From: a virus
IMG/VR virus record: IMGVR_UViG_3300045988_163836
Reading direction: 5' to 3' (one strand)
Length of the DNA: 64,000 bases
The notes beneath the pieces were generated by a model. The model had not been told where the DNA came from. It saw nothing but the letters and a program-made list of their open reading frames with translations, and did no database searches. A program made the translations under genes and the position numbers. Every line of letters starts with the position of its first letter. Position 1 is the first letter of the stretch. Below are positions 27,467 to 38,112 of the stretch, one piece after another.

Positions 27467-28603
27467 TTACGGCTTATCTTCATTACCGCCATCAATAGTA
27501 TCATGAGAACCAGTAATCTGACCAGCATAGTCACGGACCTTACCAGTTACGCCATCAAGATGCCATGTCTTCATATCACCAAGAAGTTCAGTATCACAAT
27601 AGCAGCAGATGTTATTAGCTAACATAGCAATAACGCCGACTTTCTTATAAACCTGAATTTCACGGCTACGATCATAATTGGTATATTCATCAACAATGGT
27701 ATTGCCTTCCATAGCAACCTTTACAGGCTTACTATCAGCACCAGTAGGAATAATCCAAGCATAACCTGGGTCAATGACTTTCTTTTCATTAGTAGCATCT
27801 TCAAAGCCCTGTTCAAGAATAACTACTTTATAGCCCTTATAGGAAGCAAGACGGCCAGTATTCCAAAGCTCATTTTTCATAGCTTCAGTATAACGCCAAG
27901 CATCCTTCGGAATCATACGAACAGCAAATTCATAAGTGCAATAAATAGTAGGAGTACCATAAGCAGAAGCAATCATAAGTAACTTATCAAAGCCGGGTTC
28001 ATCAAAACCATTAGCAACTAAACGGTTAGCAGGAGGTAACTGGTTAACAGAAGCCTTTAAAGCACCGGCAATTTCTTTATAGATAAGTTCATCCATACCT
28101 TCCATGACGATCTGAGTGACAACACCAAAATCGACACGGCCATCAAGGAATTCCTCAAATCCAATTTGAGTAGCTCCGCCGATAGCGCTTGTACGGACTT
28201 CAAAACTTTCTTCAGTCTTACCAAGCTTGAATACTTCATAGATACCAGCTAGGCCGACACGAGTGATAAATTGCTTTGCACGAGTATTGTTGCTGAACTT
28301 TCTACGGAAAATAGGCTTGTCACCCTGTTTAAACGTCTTAACTTCAGCAAACTGATTATATTGCTCTTCAACTTTCTTAGGAAGAACTTCATCAATAGTT
28401 TCCTCAATCATTGAGAAAATAAGGTTCTTATTATCACGATATAAAGAATAAGTTCCAGCAAGTTCATTTAATTCTCTGCGGAGAGTTTCATTAAGAGCAT
28501 CATAAGAAAGGCTTTCGCCATTAAAGCTGTAAGCAGTAGGAGTAGAAGGATCAGCCTTAGCGACAGTCTTCATTAATTGAACAAGATTTTTTCTATCTAA
28601 CAT
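27467..28603 (-). CDS. Major capsid protein candidate, 378 aa, with no in-frame TAG.
   Basis: An intact 378-aa ORF in the track. It sits between a scaffold-like gene and the connector genes. It is GC-richer and is followed by a strong terminator hairpin at about 27395-27430. Confidence 0.55.
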   Translation of the reverse strand: MLDRKNLVQLMKTVAKADPSTPTAYSFNGESLSYDALNETLRRELNELAGTYSLYRDNKNLIFSMIEETIDEVLPKKVEEQYNQFAEVKTFKQGDKPIFRRKFSNNTRAKQFITRVGLAGIYEVFKLGKTEESFEVRTSAIGGATQIGFEEFLDGRVDFGVVTQIVMEGMDELIYKEIAGALKASVNQLPPANRLVANGFDEPGFDKLLMIASAYGTPTIYCTYEFAVRMIPKDAWRYTEAMKNELWNTGRLASYKGYKVVILEQGFEDATNEKKVIDPGYAWIIPTGADSKPVKVAMEGNTIVDEYTNYDRSREIQVYKKVGVIAMLANNICCYCDTELLGDMKTWHLDGVTGKVRDYAGQITGSHDTIDGGNEDKP

Positions 28604-28620
28604 TTTTCTTCTCTCCTTTC

Positions 28621-29397
28621 TTACGCGATTCGCATAATCTTAACGCCCTTCTGATGATCAGGCATTTCATAAACCTTGACAACCTACCATTGGATAGAGC
28701 CATCACCAGATTTAGAAAGCATACCATCAGCAGCACGAGGACTTAAAACATCGCCAACTGCAAGAGTAGCTTCGGCAATAGTATTAGTCGTAAAAATATC
28801 ACCAACATTGGTCTTGAAAACACGAGGAACCATATTAGTGCCAGCAGGCATTCTACGAGCCTCATAAGGACCATCAAAATGTAAAGGATCTTCTTCATAG
28901 AAGAGTTCACGAATATCAGGACCAGCAGTAACATCATCATACTCATAAGTATGTTGTACACCCTGACTATCTGTAATAGTCATAGAAGTATTACCTTCGG
29001 CATCCTTGCCGTTTAAATAGCGAGCCTGACGTGTACCAATTTCCTGCTTGCCATCATAGGGGCTGTAATAACGAGCCTGATAATCGTCTTTGCGCATAGC
29101 AAATTCGCAATCAGCTTGTTCCTCACGATAAAGTTTAATTTCATTATAAACTAACATCCATTCGCCCTTGCCAGTGAAATCAACTTCACCAAGGTCACCA
29201 GCAGCATAGTCATACTTAACAAACTGGCCATTTTCAAGAAGCTGGATATTTTTGTTAGCAGGTAATTGAGCGTAAATCTGACCAGTGCGCTGAGCACTTA
29301 AATGATTAGGCTCAACCTGACCATAGCCATATTCAACGTAGCCGCCCTTAACAGCAGATACGCCGCTTAGGTCTTTAAGCATATCTTTTAAAAGCAT
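28621..29397 (-). CDS. Capsid-associated or decoration protein candidate, about 258 aa.
   Basis: Track ORF 28684..29397 plus a single TAG read-through to a TAA at 28621. It lies between the scaffold-like gene and the capsid gene. Confidence 0.4.
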
Positions 29398-29445
29398 TAG
29401 GTTTTCCTCCTTAAAAATTTATTATTCCATAGTTTTCGCAACATC

Positions 29446-30987
29446 CTATACTGCCTTAATCCAAGCAGGAATGCTATCGTCATTTACATCATTATTAATA
29501 TTATATGTAAGTGGGTCATTTTCTTTCTTTTCATTGGTATCGAAATTGACCTTATTGCGAACACAGATAATAGAAAGCTTTGCTTCAATATCATCTAATG
29601 AATATGTATCAATATTAGCAACAACATCTTTCTTATCATCATCAGATAACATATAGAAACTATTAATCATTTCTTGCTTCTTTTCTCTTTCAGCCTCAGT
29701 TTTGAACTGAGTTAAAGAAGCAAGTTCTTGTTCGAGCTGTGTTTTCTTTTCAACTAATTCATTATATTTAGTTTCAAGTGCAGCATACTCATCTTTTAAT
29801 AAACCATATTCAACTACATCTTCCAAAGAGTACTTAGCTTTCTTTTTCTTTTTTTTCTCTTCGTCATCCTCAGTTGGTTCTTCTTCTTCATCAGAAGTAT
29901 CAGTTGGTTTATTTTCGGGAGTGTCCTTCTTTTCACCATCTTTTGGCTGGTCTTTAGAAGGATCTTCCTTATTATTATCATTATTCTCTTTATTGTCTTT
30001 ATCTTTTTCGTCCTTTTTTTTCTTCGCAAATTCTGCGACTTTTTCAGGATCGAATTGAGGATTATCAGAAACAGAATAATCAGTTAATTCAGAAACTTCG
30101 CCAGGAGTGAAAGTATCATTCTCCATAGAAAAATCTAAACGAACGAACTTATCATCTTCCTTGACAATAGCAAATAAATTACCATTGTCTTCGCAAACTT
30201 CTTCAATCATTGCATTACCTGCTCCGAAGCCCTTAATGTAAGAATAAAGAGAAGTCCAAATGGAATCACCAATCTCCACACTATATCTTGTGAACACTTT
30301 TGTTCCTCCTTTACCTTCTAATAATTCTTTTAAATCTTTCATCATAGAGAATAATTGCTCATTAAATTTATCACTAAATGAGAAATGCATCGTAGGTGCA
30401 GTAATATTAGCTCCTTCGAAGCAAGGTTCACAATCTTCTCCAAGAATACAAAGTTTCTTAATTATTGCTTCATTTATAATAAAAAATTCGGGCATTCCAT
30501 TCTTATCTTTCGACCAATACGCATTAATTTTTTCATCATCTAATTCCATAGATTGATTATTGCCTTTTTCAATAATGCGCTTACTTTCTGGATAGATATC
30601 TGTCCAGATATAGCCTTCAGTCATTAAATATTCATGCTCGTTTTTTCCATCATCTAAGAATTTCTAAAACCAAACTTTTGCCCCTAAATCTACAAAACCA
30701 TAAGGAACAGTGGTATCTTTTACATCAAATTTACCATTGGAAATATCAATTACACGGTTATGTTCTTCATAATCTCCATTAGCTTCATTGTAATAACCAA
30801 CAATAGGGCTACCTGGTAAACTCTATGCTAAATCTTTAGCAACTTCTTTTGTTATAATACTTCTATTGCGATTTGGTTTATCACTAACATAGCAGACCTT
30901 AATCTAACACTTAGAAATTAAAGGATTGATTTTAGTGATATTAATAAACTCAACAGGAGTATCTAACTTAACACTTGTATGTCTCAC
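29446..30987 (-). CDS. Prohead protease/scaffolding-like protein. The C-terminal 392 aa are acidic and coiled-coil; the N-terminal roughly 120 aa need a GTG start and three TAG read-throughs.
   Basis: Track ORF 29446..30624 (coiled-coil, K/E/D-rich). The frame stays open upstream to a GTG at 30985-30987 that follows GGAGG. The functional call rests on position and composition only. Confidence 0.4.
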
Positions 30988-30999
30988 TATAAATCCTCC

Positions 31000-32685
31000 T
31001 TATTTACCAGCAGCTTGACGATTAGCAATTGTTTTTTCGCTCTTTTCATCGTTAGCTTTTTCTGGTCGGCCACCCTCTTTAGTTTCTGTTTTCACAGTGG
31101 CATTTCCACTTGTTTTATTTTGAGAAGTGTTAGAACCATTCTAATCTTTTTTACCCAAAATATCTTCACCATTTAATGTAGAACTCATAAGAGGAGGTAT
31201 CATAACTTCGCTTAAATGTAAAACTTCGTTTTCAAAATGAGCTGTATTAAGAATAAAACTCTATGATTGTCCAAGAGCAATCTAAGGTAACATTTTAGAG
31301 AAACCAATCTAAGTTTGCTCTTTATACATTTTAGATAAATCTTTATAATTATACTATGTAGTTTCTAACATATAGAATTTATAATTATATTTTTTCTAAA
31401 CATTCAGGACTGATAATATTCTATCAAAAAATATGTTGAATTGCAAAATTAAATTACGCATGGTAGATTCATCATCTAAGATAGACTTTTCTAAGGCGAT
31501 ATTACCATCTGTATTAAATAAATTGCGTGAAACGCCAAATGCATTATATACAGTTCGTTCAACACGCTCTAATTCATCTGTAGTGGCAGAAGTATTTTTG
31601 TCAGAAGTATCAATAGCATCTACATCAGCAAAAGTAGTTAATACATCAACACCTACTGCTCTACGAAGCATTTCAACAGCATTATTATGGATATCACGAG
31701 CTTCATCAATATCAAAAATCAAATCACCATTTTTATCAAGCGGTAATTTCTAAACTAAAATTTTTAACAATTTCTGCATTTGTTTGCGGCGGTCCAAATC
31801 TTGTGCAGCATCCAAATCTAAAATCGCAGGAATAGCATTTACAAATAATGGAATATCATTAGTACCATTTAGAGCAAACTTAATAGTGCTTTGTGGATCT
31901 AACAAATACCAACTACCAGTATTATCACCAGCTACATCAGGTAAAAGTTTACCAGCTTTATAGAGACGATAACCTATTGTAAATTCATCAGGGAATAATT
32001 TTAATACTCTATTACGGTAATTAGTATCCACAAAAGTATCAAAGTATCTCATATCAAATTCAATAGCAGGTAAATTACCTACTGAATATCTTGAACGGCA
32101 ATACTCAATAGGAAGTTGCTATAAAATTAAGCCAGTACTTGAGGGAACAATATAGGCATAATAAGCTCCACATTTGATAACTTCAAGAGCCATATCGCCA
32201 CAAATTTTCTTAATATAAGAATTATCTAAATAATTTAAAATTCGCCAGAAATCTTTTACTGCTTTTGTTTCATTAATATCTTTAACAGCAGAACCATCAG
32301 TATTATTAGACTAAATAGCAATAGCCCAATCATAACGATACATATTTGCAAAATAATTACATACTCTTTGATAAATACCACTTACTCTAAAAAAGAAACG
32401 TGATATTCTTCGCAGTTCTTGAATATCATTACGAATTAAAGCATCCATAACCATAGGTTTTGTATAAATACGTTCACGGCTATATTTTTCACTACGGCGA
32501 CCGTAAGTGTCCCATCTAAAAGATCCAAGATTTAAGACAGCATCATCTAATGTCTTAACCCCGACTTTAATCTTCTTATACTCATTTGGGCCAACGGCAG
32601 AATACTCACGTACTCCTCCAGTTATGTCAAAACCTTTTTTATGTATCTATTCATTTCTGGTTAATTCTTCCTTTTCTAATTCCAT
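31000..32685 (-). CDS. Portal protein candidate of about 560 aa (TAG-recoded).
   Basis: ATG at 32683-32685 with an RBS. It ends at a TAA at about 31000. Track fragments 31750..32052 and 31396..31722 are in this frame. The gene order (TerL, small gene, this gene, scaffold, capsid) fits a portal. Confidence 0.5.
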
Positions 32686-32702
32686 ACTTCACCTTCTTTC
32701 AA

Positions 32703-33059
32703 TTAATATCCAGCTTTTCGCATTATATAATCATAAGAAATTAAATTTTCTTCTGTATAAGGAATTTCTATTAAATGTAAATCATGTAAAGCACAGAATC
32801 TACGTTTTTGATTATCATTATATTGCTATTGATATAATCCACGTTTTCCGCCAAATTTATTACTAGCTTCATAATGCTATTTCCCTTGATATTCAATTAA
32901 AAAATCAATATTATTATCATCATCAAATATGACAAAATCAAAACGTAAAGGACGACCATTATGTGTTTTTAAATCTGGAAATATATATTCCATCTTAAAA
33001 TTCAGGCCGGCTTCCTCTAAGATTTCTCTAATCTTAATCTCCGCACGACTGGCATCCAT
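32703..33059 (-). CDS. Small endonuclease-like protein of about 118 aa with a 'FDFVIFDD...IEYQGxQH' motif (Vsr/DUF559-like PD-(D/E)XK fold?).
   Basis: Track ORF 32877..33059 extended through two TAGs to a TAA at 32703. The motif resembles the core of the Vsr/DUF559 restriction-endonuclease fold. Judged from memory only. Confidence 0.3.
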
Positions 33060-33147
33060 ATATTAAGTCTCCTTTCTTATCTACAAATAAATTCCTCTTA
33101 TTATTCTTTTAAAAATTAATTTAAAAGAATAATAAGAGTTGCCCGGC

Positions 33148-34899
33148 TTAATTCATAAACATCCAATCAGCAGCCCGGAATTTTTTCTTCTTTTTATCTT
33201 CTTCTACTTTTTTTATATAATATAATCCATACTCTAATGCAGAGAATTTATCTTTTTTAATACTTTTATTAGCTTGTTTTAAAATTATATTTAAACCTTC
33301 ATTTTCTTCACGCAGATTCATAATCTCTTCACGCAATGAAGTAGTTAAACTGAATGGTCTTAAATAATCAGATCGCGCTTCTGTGGTCATATTCTAGCCC
33401 ACTTTAGTAGTTAATAATTTCTATTTAGCAGTTCGTTCATCAATTAAAAATTTAATCTTACCAGAATTTAATACTGACTAAGTAATACTATGGGCTTCAG
33501 TATTAATTGGTGCATTAGCTTTCATTAAATATAAAACATCTAATTCTGTACTATTAGTTTTATATTTTTTATATTCTTGAACTGCATCATCCTGAGTTCC
33601 ACCATAAACTCCAAAATCAGGAATTACTTCAGAAGTTTCAGGATTAATCTATGGCTTAACCATAAAATCTACTAAACCAACACCAAGTCCATTAGCATCT
33701 ATTACAATTCTGCGAGCTTTATATTTATAATATAATTTTTTAAGTTTAATAGCCTAATCTTCAAAGTGTGTATCATTCATAGTATAAATATTAACTAAAC
33801 TTTTAATTGGCTCACCATGCGGTTGCGGCGTTACTTTAAATACACAAACAACAGTATCGCATCCTTTACGGCCTACGTCAACACTTAATATATAATAAGA
33901 TAATTTACTTGAACGGCCAGAAGCTTCGTATTCAGGCTAATTCAGTATTCTATTTCTATTAAATATTTCTGCATTAAAGAAAGCGTCTTCAACAGTACCA
34001 GACCAAATTGATTCATATTCACGTTCGAAAGAAGCTTCATTATAAGTTCCTTCATTTTTTTGGTCAGTAATAAATGTTTTCTGTTGTAATCCAACAGCAA
34101 CAGGAGTTCGCCAAGTTCCACCTAATACCATACATCTATCAGGCTATGTAATCATACGAACTAATAAACCAATTAATCTATCATAAGGATAAGTATTTTT
34201 ATAGCCAGCAGTAGTAATATAAATCTATGATTTATTTACCGCTTCTTCTTCATGAGTTGTACCATCCTTAGCTCTACGAGGAATAGCCATAACTGGTATA
34301 ATGACTTCGCGTAAAATCTAATCATCAATACCTACACATTCTTCCATTAGACCACCATGACGACGCTGACCACGAGTACTTTCTCTCGCAGCTAAATTAT
34401 CAAGGACAGAACCATTCTTAAATACATAACGTACTTTATCTTTACTCTCTTGGCTCTTACCTCGGCCCCAATCAATTTCGCGTTTAAAACTTGGTATTAA
34501 ATCACAAATTTCATTAACTTTATCATGTAGAATACTCGCGCCTTGTTCCTTACCACCCGAAGTAACAAATAAATGAACACCAGGATAAAGAATACATCTA
34601 ACCATTAATGCCATAACTGATAAGAATGATTTAGAATAGGCACGAGGGAAAACTGCATAAACGTACTGATAGCGCATTACACATCTTAAAAAAACACGCT
34701 AATAGAAGAAAAATTTAAATTCTCCTTCTTTCTATTCTGTACGTGTTCCTCGTACTAAAAAATCAACAAATAAATCTGGATATTCGCGCCAAAAGGCAGT
34801 ATATTTACGAATGACTGGCATTACGGCATTAATACGTTCTTCAGAAAGACCTATTTTTTTCCTACTTGTAGATAGGTCAAGTAAATCTTGTAACGCCAT
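33148..34899 (-). CDS. terL: Terminase large subunit of about 583 aa (TAG-recoded).
   Basis: ATG at 34897-34899. The N-terminal ATPase-region fragment is track 34318..34677. The C-terminal nuclease-like region has 'YILSVDVGRKGCDT', 'RIVIDANGLGVG' and 'EREYESIWSG' (tracks 33937..34131 and 33148..33390). About 9 in-frame TAGs. Ends at a TAA at 33148. Confidence 0.75.
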
Positions 34900-36065
34900 T
34901 AATCTTCCCTATCAGAGAAAGCATCTATATCTAACTCTGTTTCATTATCTAAAAATTCACTAAAGTCTTCAATATCTTTATCTTCTAAAGTTTTTTCAAT
35001 GTCTTCAATAGACATATCAACATCATCAACAATTGTATCTTCGACGTTTTCTTTAGCCTATTCATCTTCTTTAGCGTTTTGTTTTAATGCCTAATCAATC
35101 ATATTGCCAAGATTAGTTTCTCGTTCAATTAAAGTGCGTGTATATTTTTGCATATCTTTAATTGTAAAATCTACTTTATCATTTGGAGTATCAATGTAAT
35201 ATCTTTCGATATAACCTTGTTTCTCACACATTTCTATTAATTCACCAACAGAATCAATGAAATCGCCAGACTCTTCTTTATTCTATGCGGCAGTAAATTT
35301 GCCTGATTTCATTAAAGAATCATACATTTTAATCATCTTTTGAGCGCCGTCTACATCACCTATATCTAATAACTAATTAGATTTTAATGATGTCTTACAG
35401 GCAAGTTTTAATGTATCAATATGGCCTGCTGACTAAATATCGTAAGACTACATCATTTCATTAAATAATTGCTCTAAGCGTACCCATTCATCAGGGCTAT
35501 AACCTTTTCCCCATTTTAAATAAAGGTATCGTTTATCTTCGTCTGTTAGCTCCGCGCCCAAATCAGGAACCTCAAAATCTAATTTATCTTTAAAATAATC
35601 TTCTGCAGAATTTCCAAAATCTAGGGGAGGAGGGGCAGGAGGAGGCGGCTCTTTTAATTCTTCTGATGGCAAAGCAAATGAAGCACGTTGAATAGCCGTA
35701 GTAATATCTTGAACATCATATCCCTATTGCTTCATTGTTTCTTCTATTTTTTTATTTTGTAAGTCTTGCAAGAATTGACTATCTTTCCATCTATAATCTT
35801 TCCATTGATTTAATTTCATTGCAGAGAGATAGCGACCTAATATTGTCATTCCAGTGACTTTCGCTCTATCCTTCGCAAATTTACCCATTAACTAATTCCA
35901 CTAATCAGGAATGTAAGGAACATCACATTCTTGCAATATCCATAGATAAGTATCCGGATTCCAATTATCTACATGCATTGTTATACATTTTTTACATTTT
36001 GGTAATTTACCATCATTAGGATATTTATCTAAATTATTAGATGTATAAAACTAAGTTCCATCCAT
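34897..36065 (-). CDS. Hypothetical DNA-packaging-associated protein of about 389 aa (small-terminase candidate). It has an N-terminal Cys cluster (KCKKC), a proline-rich tract and an acidic C-terminus.
   Basis: ATG at about 36063-36065. About 9 in-frame TAGs. Its TAA overlaps the TerL ATG (taATGg). Upstream it is bounded by a TGA at 36114-36116, which shows that TGA is a real stop here. Confidence 0.35.
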
Positions 36066-36131
36066 AGTTTTATTACATTTTTCACAGTAATATTGTTTAC
36101 CTTCGCTGGACAATCAATATTTCTCCTTTCT

Positions 36132-36818
36132 TTAGGATTTCATTTTTTCTTTACGAGAACTATTTCGGCATTTTTTGCATATACTATAAAATCCATCTTT
36201 ACTTGTTTTATTATAGGAAAAATATTTATTGTGAGCCAATTTAATTTGCCCACATCTACTGCATTTTTTATACTTACCTTTTTCTTGAGTTGTATAATAC
36301 CATTCTAAATATTTATCAACAGCTTTATCAGCAATAAGCTTTGGTATTTTATTGCGGAATAAACTTGATATATATTCTAAGCTGTGAGTAATATTAAATT
36401 CTTCTTGTAAAATTTTTTGAATCTCTATATTTTGTAATCCATCAATTTTACATTCTACAATGCGCATTAACATAGGATAATCAGCCAAGGCTTCATCGCA
36501 AATATTTTCAAAATCATAAATAAGATACCAAGTATCATCTTCAAAACGATCCCAACTATCTTCTTTTAATCGAGAATAATTACATAAGATACAAGAGCAA
36601 ATTTCAGGATTCATCAATGAGATTCCTTCTGGAATTGGATATCCATCATCATCAAATACTTTTACGTCTTCATCTAATTTAATTTTATACTTAGATCGTG
36701 TAAGCTTTACTGGTACTATTGGTTTTCGATAAGCATTTTTAATAATATATTGGTCTTTGCGCATTTCTATTAATGCCTTTTTTATAGTGAAAGCATCTTT
36801 ACCACTTACTACTTTCAT
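36132..36818 (-). CDS. Zinc-ribbon protein of 228 aa, a candidate late-gene regulator. It has no TAG and is readable in the standard code.
   Basis: Intact track ORF with a GGGAAG RBS before the ATG at 36816-36818. It carries a C-terminal CxxC...CxxC and an internal CxC..C. It is the first long gene of the minus-strand operon and contains no TAG in 228 codons. Confidence 0.45.
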   Translation of the reverse strand: MKVVSGKDAFTIKKALIEMRKDQYIIKNAYRKPIVPVKLTRSKYKIKLDEDVKVFDDDGYPIPEGISLMNPEICSCILCNYSRLKEDSWDRFEDDTWYLIYDFENICDEALADYPMLMRIVECKIDGLQNIEIQKILQEEFNITHSLEYISSLFRNKIPKLIADKAVDKYLEWYYTTQEKGKYKKCSRCGQIKLAHNKYFSYNKTSKDGFYSICKKCRNSSRKEKMKS

Positions 36819-36905
36819 TTTTGCTTCCCAAGTTGTAATAGCGTCTTTTAATTGTTTTAAGCTAGGAATTTCTTCTAAATCTTTTTTTGTAATTGTAACT
36901 TTTGG

Positions 36906-37190
36906 CTAAAATATCATATTTTTATCACTATTAATTAAATTATATATACCATCTTCACCATTCTCTAACTGGGAAACAAGTCCTTCGAAAGAAGTTTCAC
37001 GTTTATTAACTGTCATTAATCTATTATCAGTTAATATTTTCTTTTCTTTTTTTTCTTGTTTCTCCATACATAGAATTAAATAATCTGCGAGGATTTCTAA
37101 ATACTTTTCATTAGGATTTGGATTTTCCTCTAAAATTTTTTTTACTAATTCATTTCGTTCTTCAGGAGTTTCAAGAGTATAATCTAATTT
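36906..37190 (-). CDS. Small protein of about 94 aa with a TTG start after GGAGG. It terminates at TAG, assuming the standard code.
   Basis: Track ORF 36906..37253. RBS GGAGG with 8 nt of spacing to a TTG at about 37188-37190. It ends at the TAG at 36906-36908. If TAG were sense it would fuse in frame with 36132..36818. Confidence 0.35.
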   Translation of the reverse strand, partial: KLDYTLETPEERNELVKKILEENPNPNEKYLEILADYLILCMEKQEKKEKKILTDNRLMTVNKRETSFEGLVSQLENGEDGIYNLINSDKNMIF

Positions 37191-37225
37191 TATCAAGATT
37201 AATACCTCCAATCCTTCTAAAAAAA

Positions 37226-37254
37226 TTATAACACAAAAAATTTGCAAAGTCAAC
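37226..37254 (-). promoter_or_regulatory. Sigma70-like promoter for the minus-strand regulatory/late operon (TTGACT-17-TATAAT with a TG extension).
   Basis: The minus strand reads ttgactttgcaaattttttgtgttataat. It is almost identical to the promoter at 20816-20844. Confidence 0.55.
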
Positions 37255-37307
37255 CATGGCCAAAAATTTTTATGGTATTTAGTAAAAAAATTATGTAAAA
37301 TGTAAAA

Positions 37308-37336
37308 TTGACAATTATAAAAATTTTTTATATAAT
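37308..37336 (+). promoter_or_regulatory. Plus-strand early promoter (TTGACA-17-TATAAT) in the divergent intergenic region.
   Basis: ttgacaattataaaaattttttatataat, followed by AAAGGAG and an ATG at 37366. Confidence 0.55.
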
Positions 37337-37365
37337 ATTTATATAAAATTAAAGGAGATAATTTT

Positions 37366-37521
37366 ATGAGAAAACCTCGTGGGATTTTAGGTAGTATGGC
37401 TTCTAAAGCTAAACGTAGAGCAACTAATAGTGCGACTAGAGCTATTTATCAACTTATGTGGGGCGAAAACCCTAAACAGCAGGGAGCCTATAATCCTGTT
37501 AAAGAACGTAAGAAAAAGTAA
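37366..37521 (+). CDS. Small basic protein, 51 aa.
   Basis: AAAGGAGATAATTTT then ATG. Hand-translated as MRKPRGILGSMASKAKRRATNSATRAIYQLMWGENPKQQGAYNPVKERKKK and ending in TAA. It is below the track length cutoff. Confidence 0.45.
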   Translation: MRKPRGILGSMASKAKRRATNSATRAIYQLMWGENPKQQGAYNPVKERKKK

Positions 37522-37556
37522 ATATATTATATTTAAAAATTGAAGGAAGTGATTTA

Positions 37557-37994
37557 ATGAAGTTTGTCCATGGGCTTCTTTTAGGTACTGGGGCGGCATT
37601 TGGTTTAGGATGTGCGGCCAGATTTATTTATGGTAAAATTATTGAAGCAAAAATCTATAAAGACTATACTAAAGCCCTTGAAGATTTTATGAATTTTAAA
37701 AGCGATAAAAAATATATTGAATATAATAAAGGGCTAGAAGAAAAATATATTGGACCTGGAATAGTCCATGTCATTAAAAATAAAAAAGATTTAATGTCTA
37801 TTGATTTATCTAAATATGAAGAAGAAGGTGATCCAATCGGTATTACTCTTGGTTCTAAAATTGTAGATAAGGAAGACCAATATATTATACCTGAAGTAGA
37901 AGTTTATAAGTTTAAAAATGGATATACTAATTATCGGTTCCATCAAGAGCGAGGAGTAATTGACCCTAATGAAGGCATTATTCCTTTTGATTAA
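37557..37994 (+). CDS. Membrane-anchored hypothetical protein, 145 aa, with an N-terminal transmembrane helix.
   Basis: Track ORF with the RBS GGAAG before the ATG. Confidence 0.5.
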   Translation: MKFVHGLLLGTGAAFGLGCAARFIYGKIIEAKIYKDYTKALEDFMNFKSDKKYIEYNKGLEEKYIGPGIVHVIKNKKDLMSIDLSKYEEEGDPIGITLGSKIVDKEDQYIIPEVEVYKFKNGYTNYRFHQERGVIDPNEGIIPFD

Positions 37995-38112
37995 TTTATG
38001 TTAAGATTTCGTTAAGAAAATTTTGACAAAACACAAAAAATTTTATAAAATAAGTTATGAAATTTCTGGGATGGCTCGCACTCTCCCAATTAAAAAGAAA
38101 GGAGTGAGTTGA

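Noticed and set aside
1-37250. Interpreting the fragmented minus-strand ORFs as a decayed, pseudogenised prophage region.
   Set aside because: Only TAG breaks the frames. TAA and TGA are absent from the merged frames. The merged products are coherent (TerL motifs, a 3100-aa tape measure protein), and start-stop overlaps and RBSs are intact. Decay would scatter all three stop codons and add frameshifts.
1-37250. TGA recoding (genetic code 4) as the explanation.
   Set aside because: TGA demonstrably terminates late genes at 36114-36116, about 7452 and 3915-3917, each with an adjacent downstream start. The recurring in-frame codon is TAG alone.
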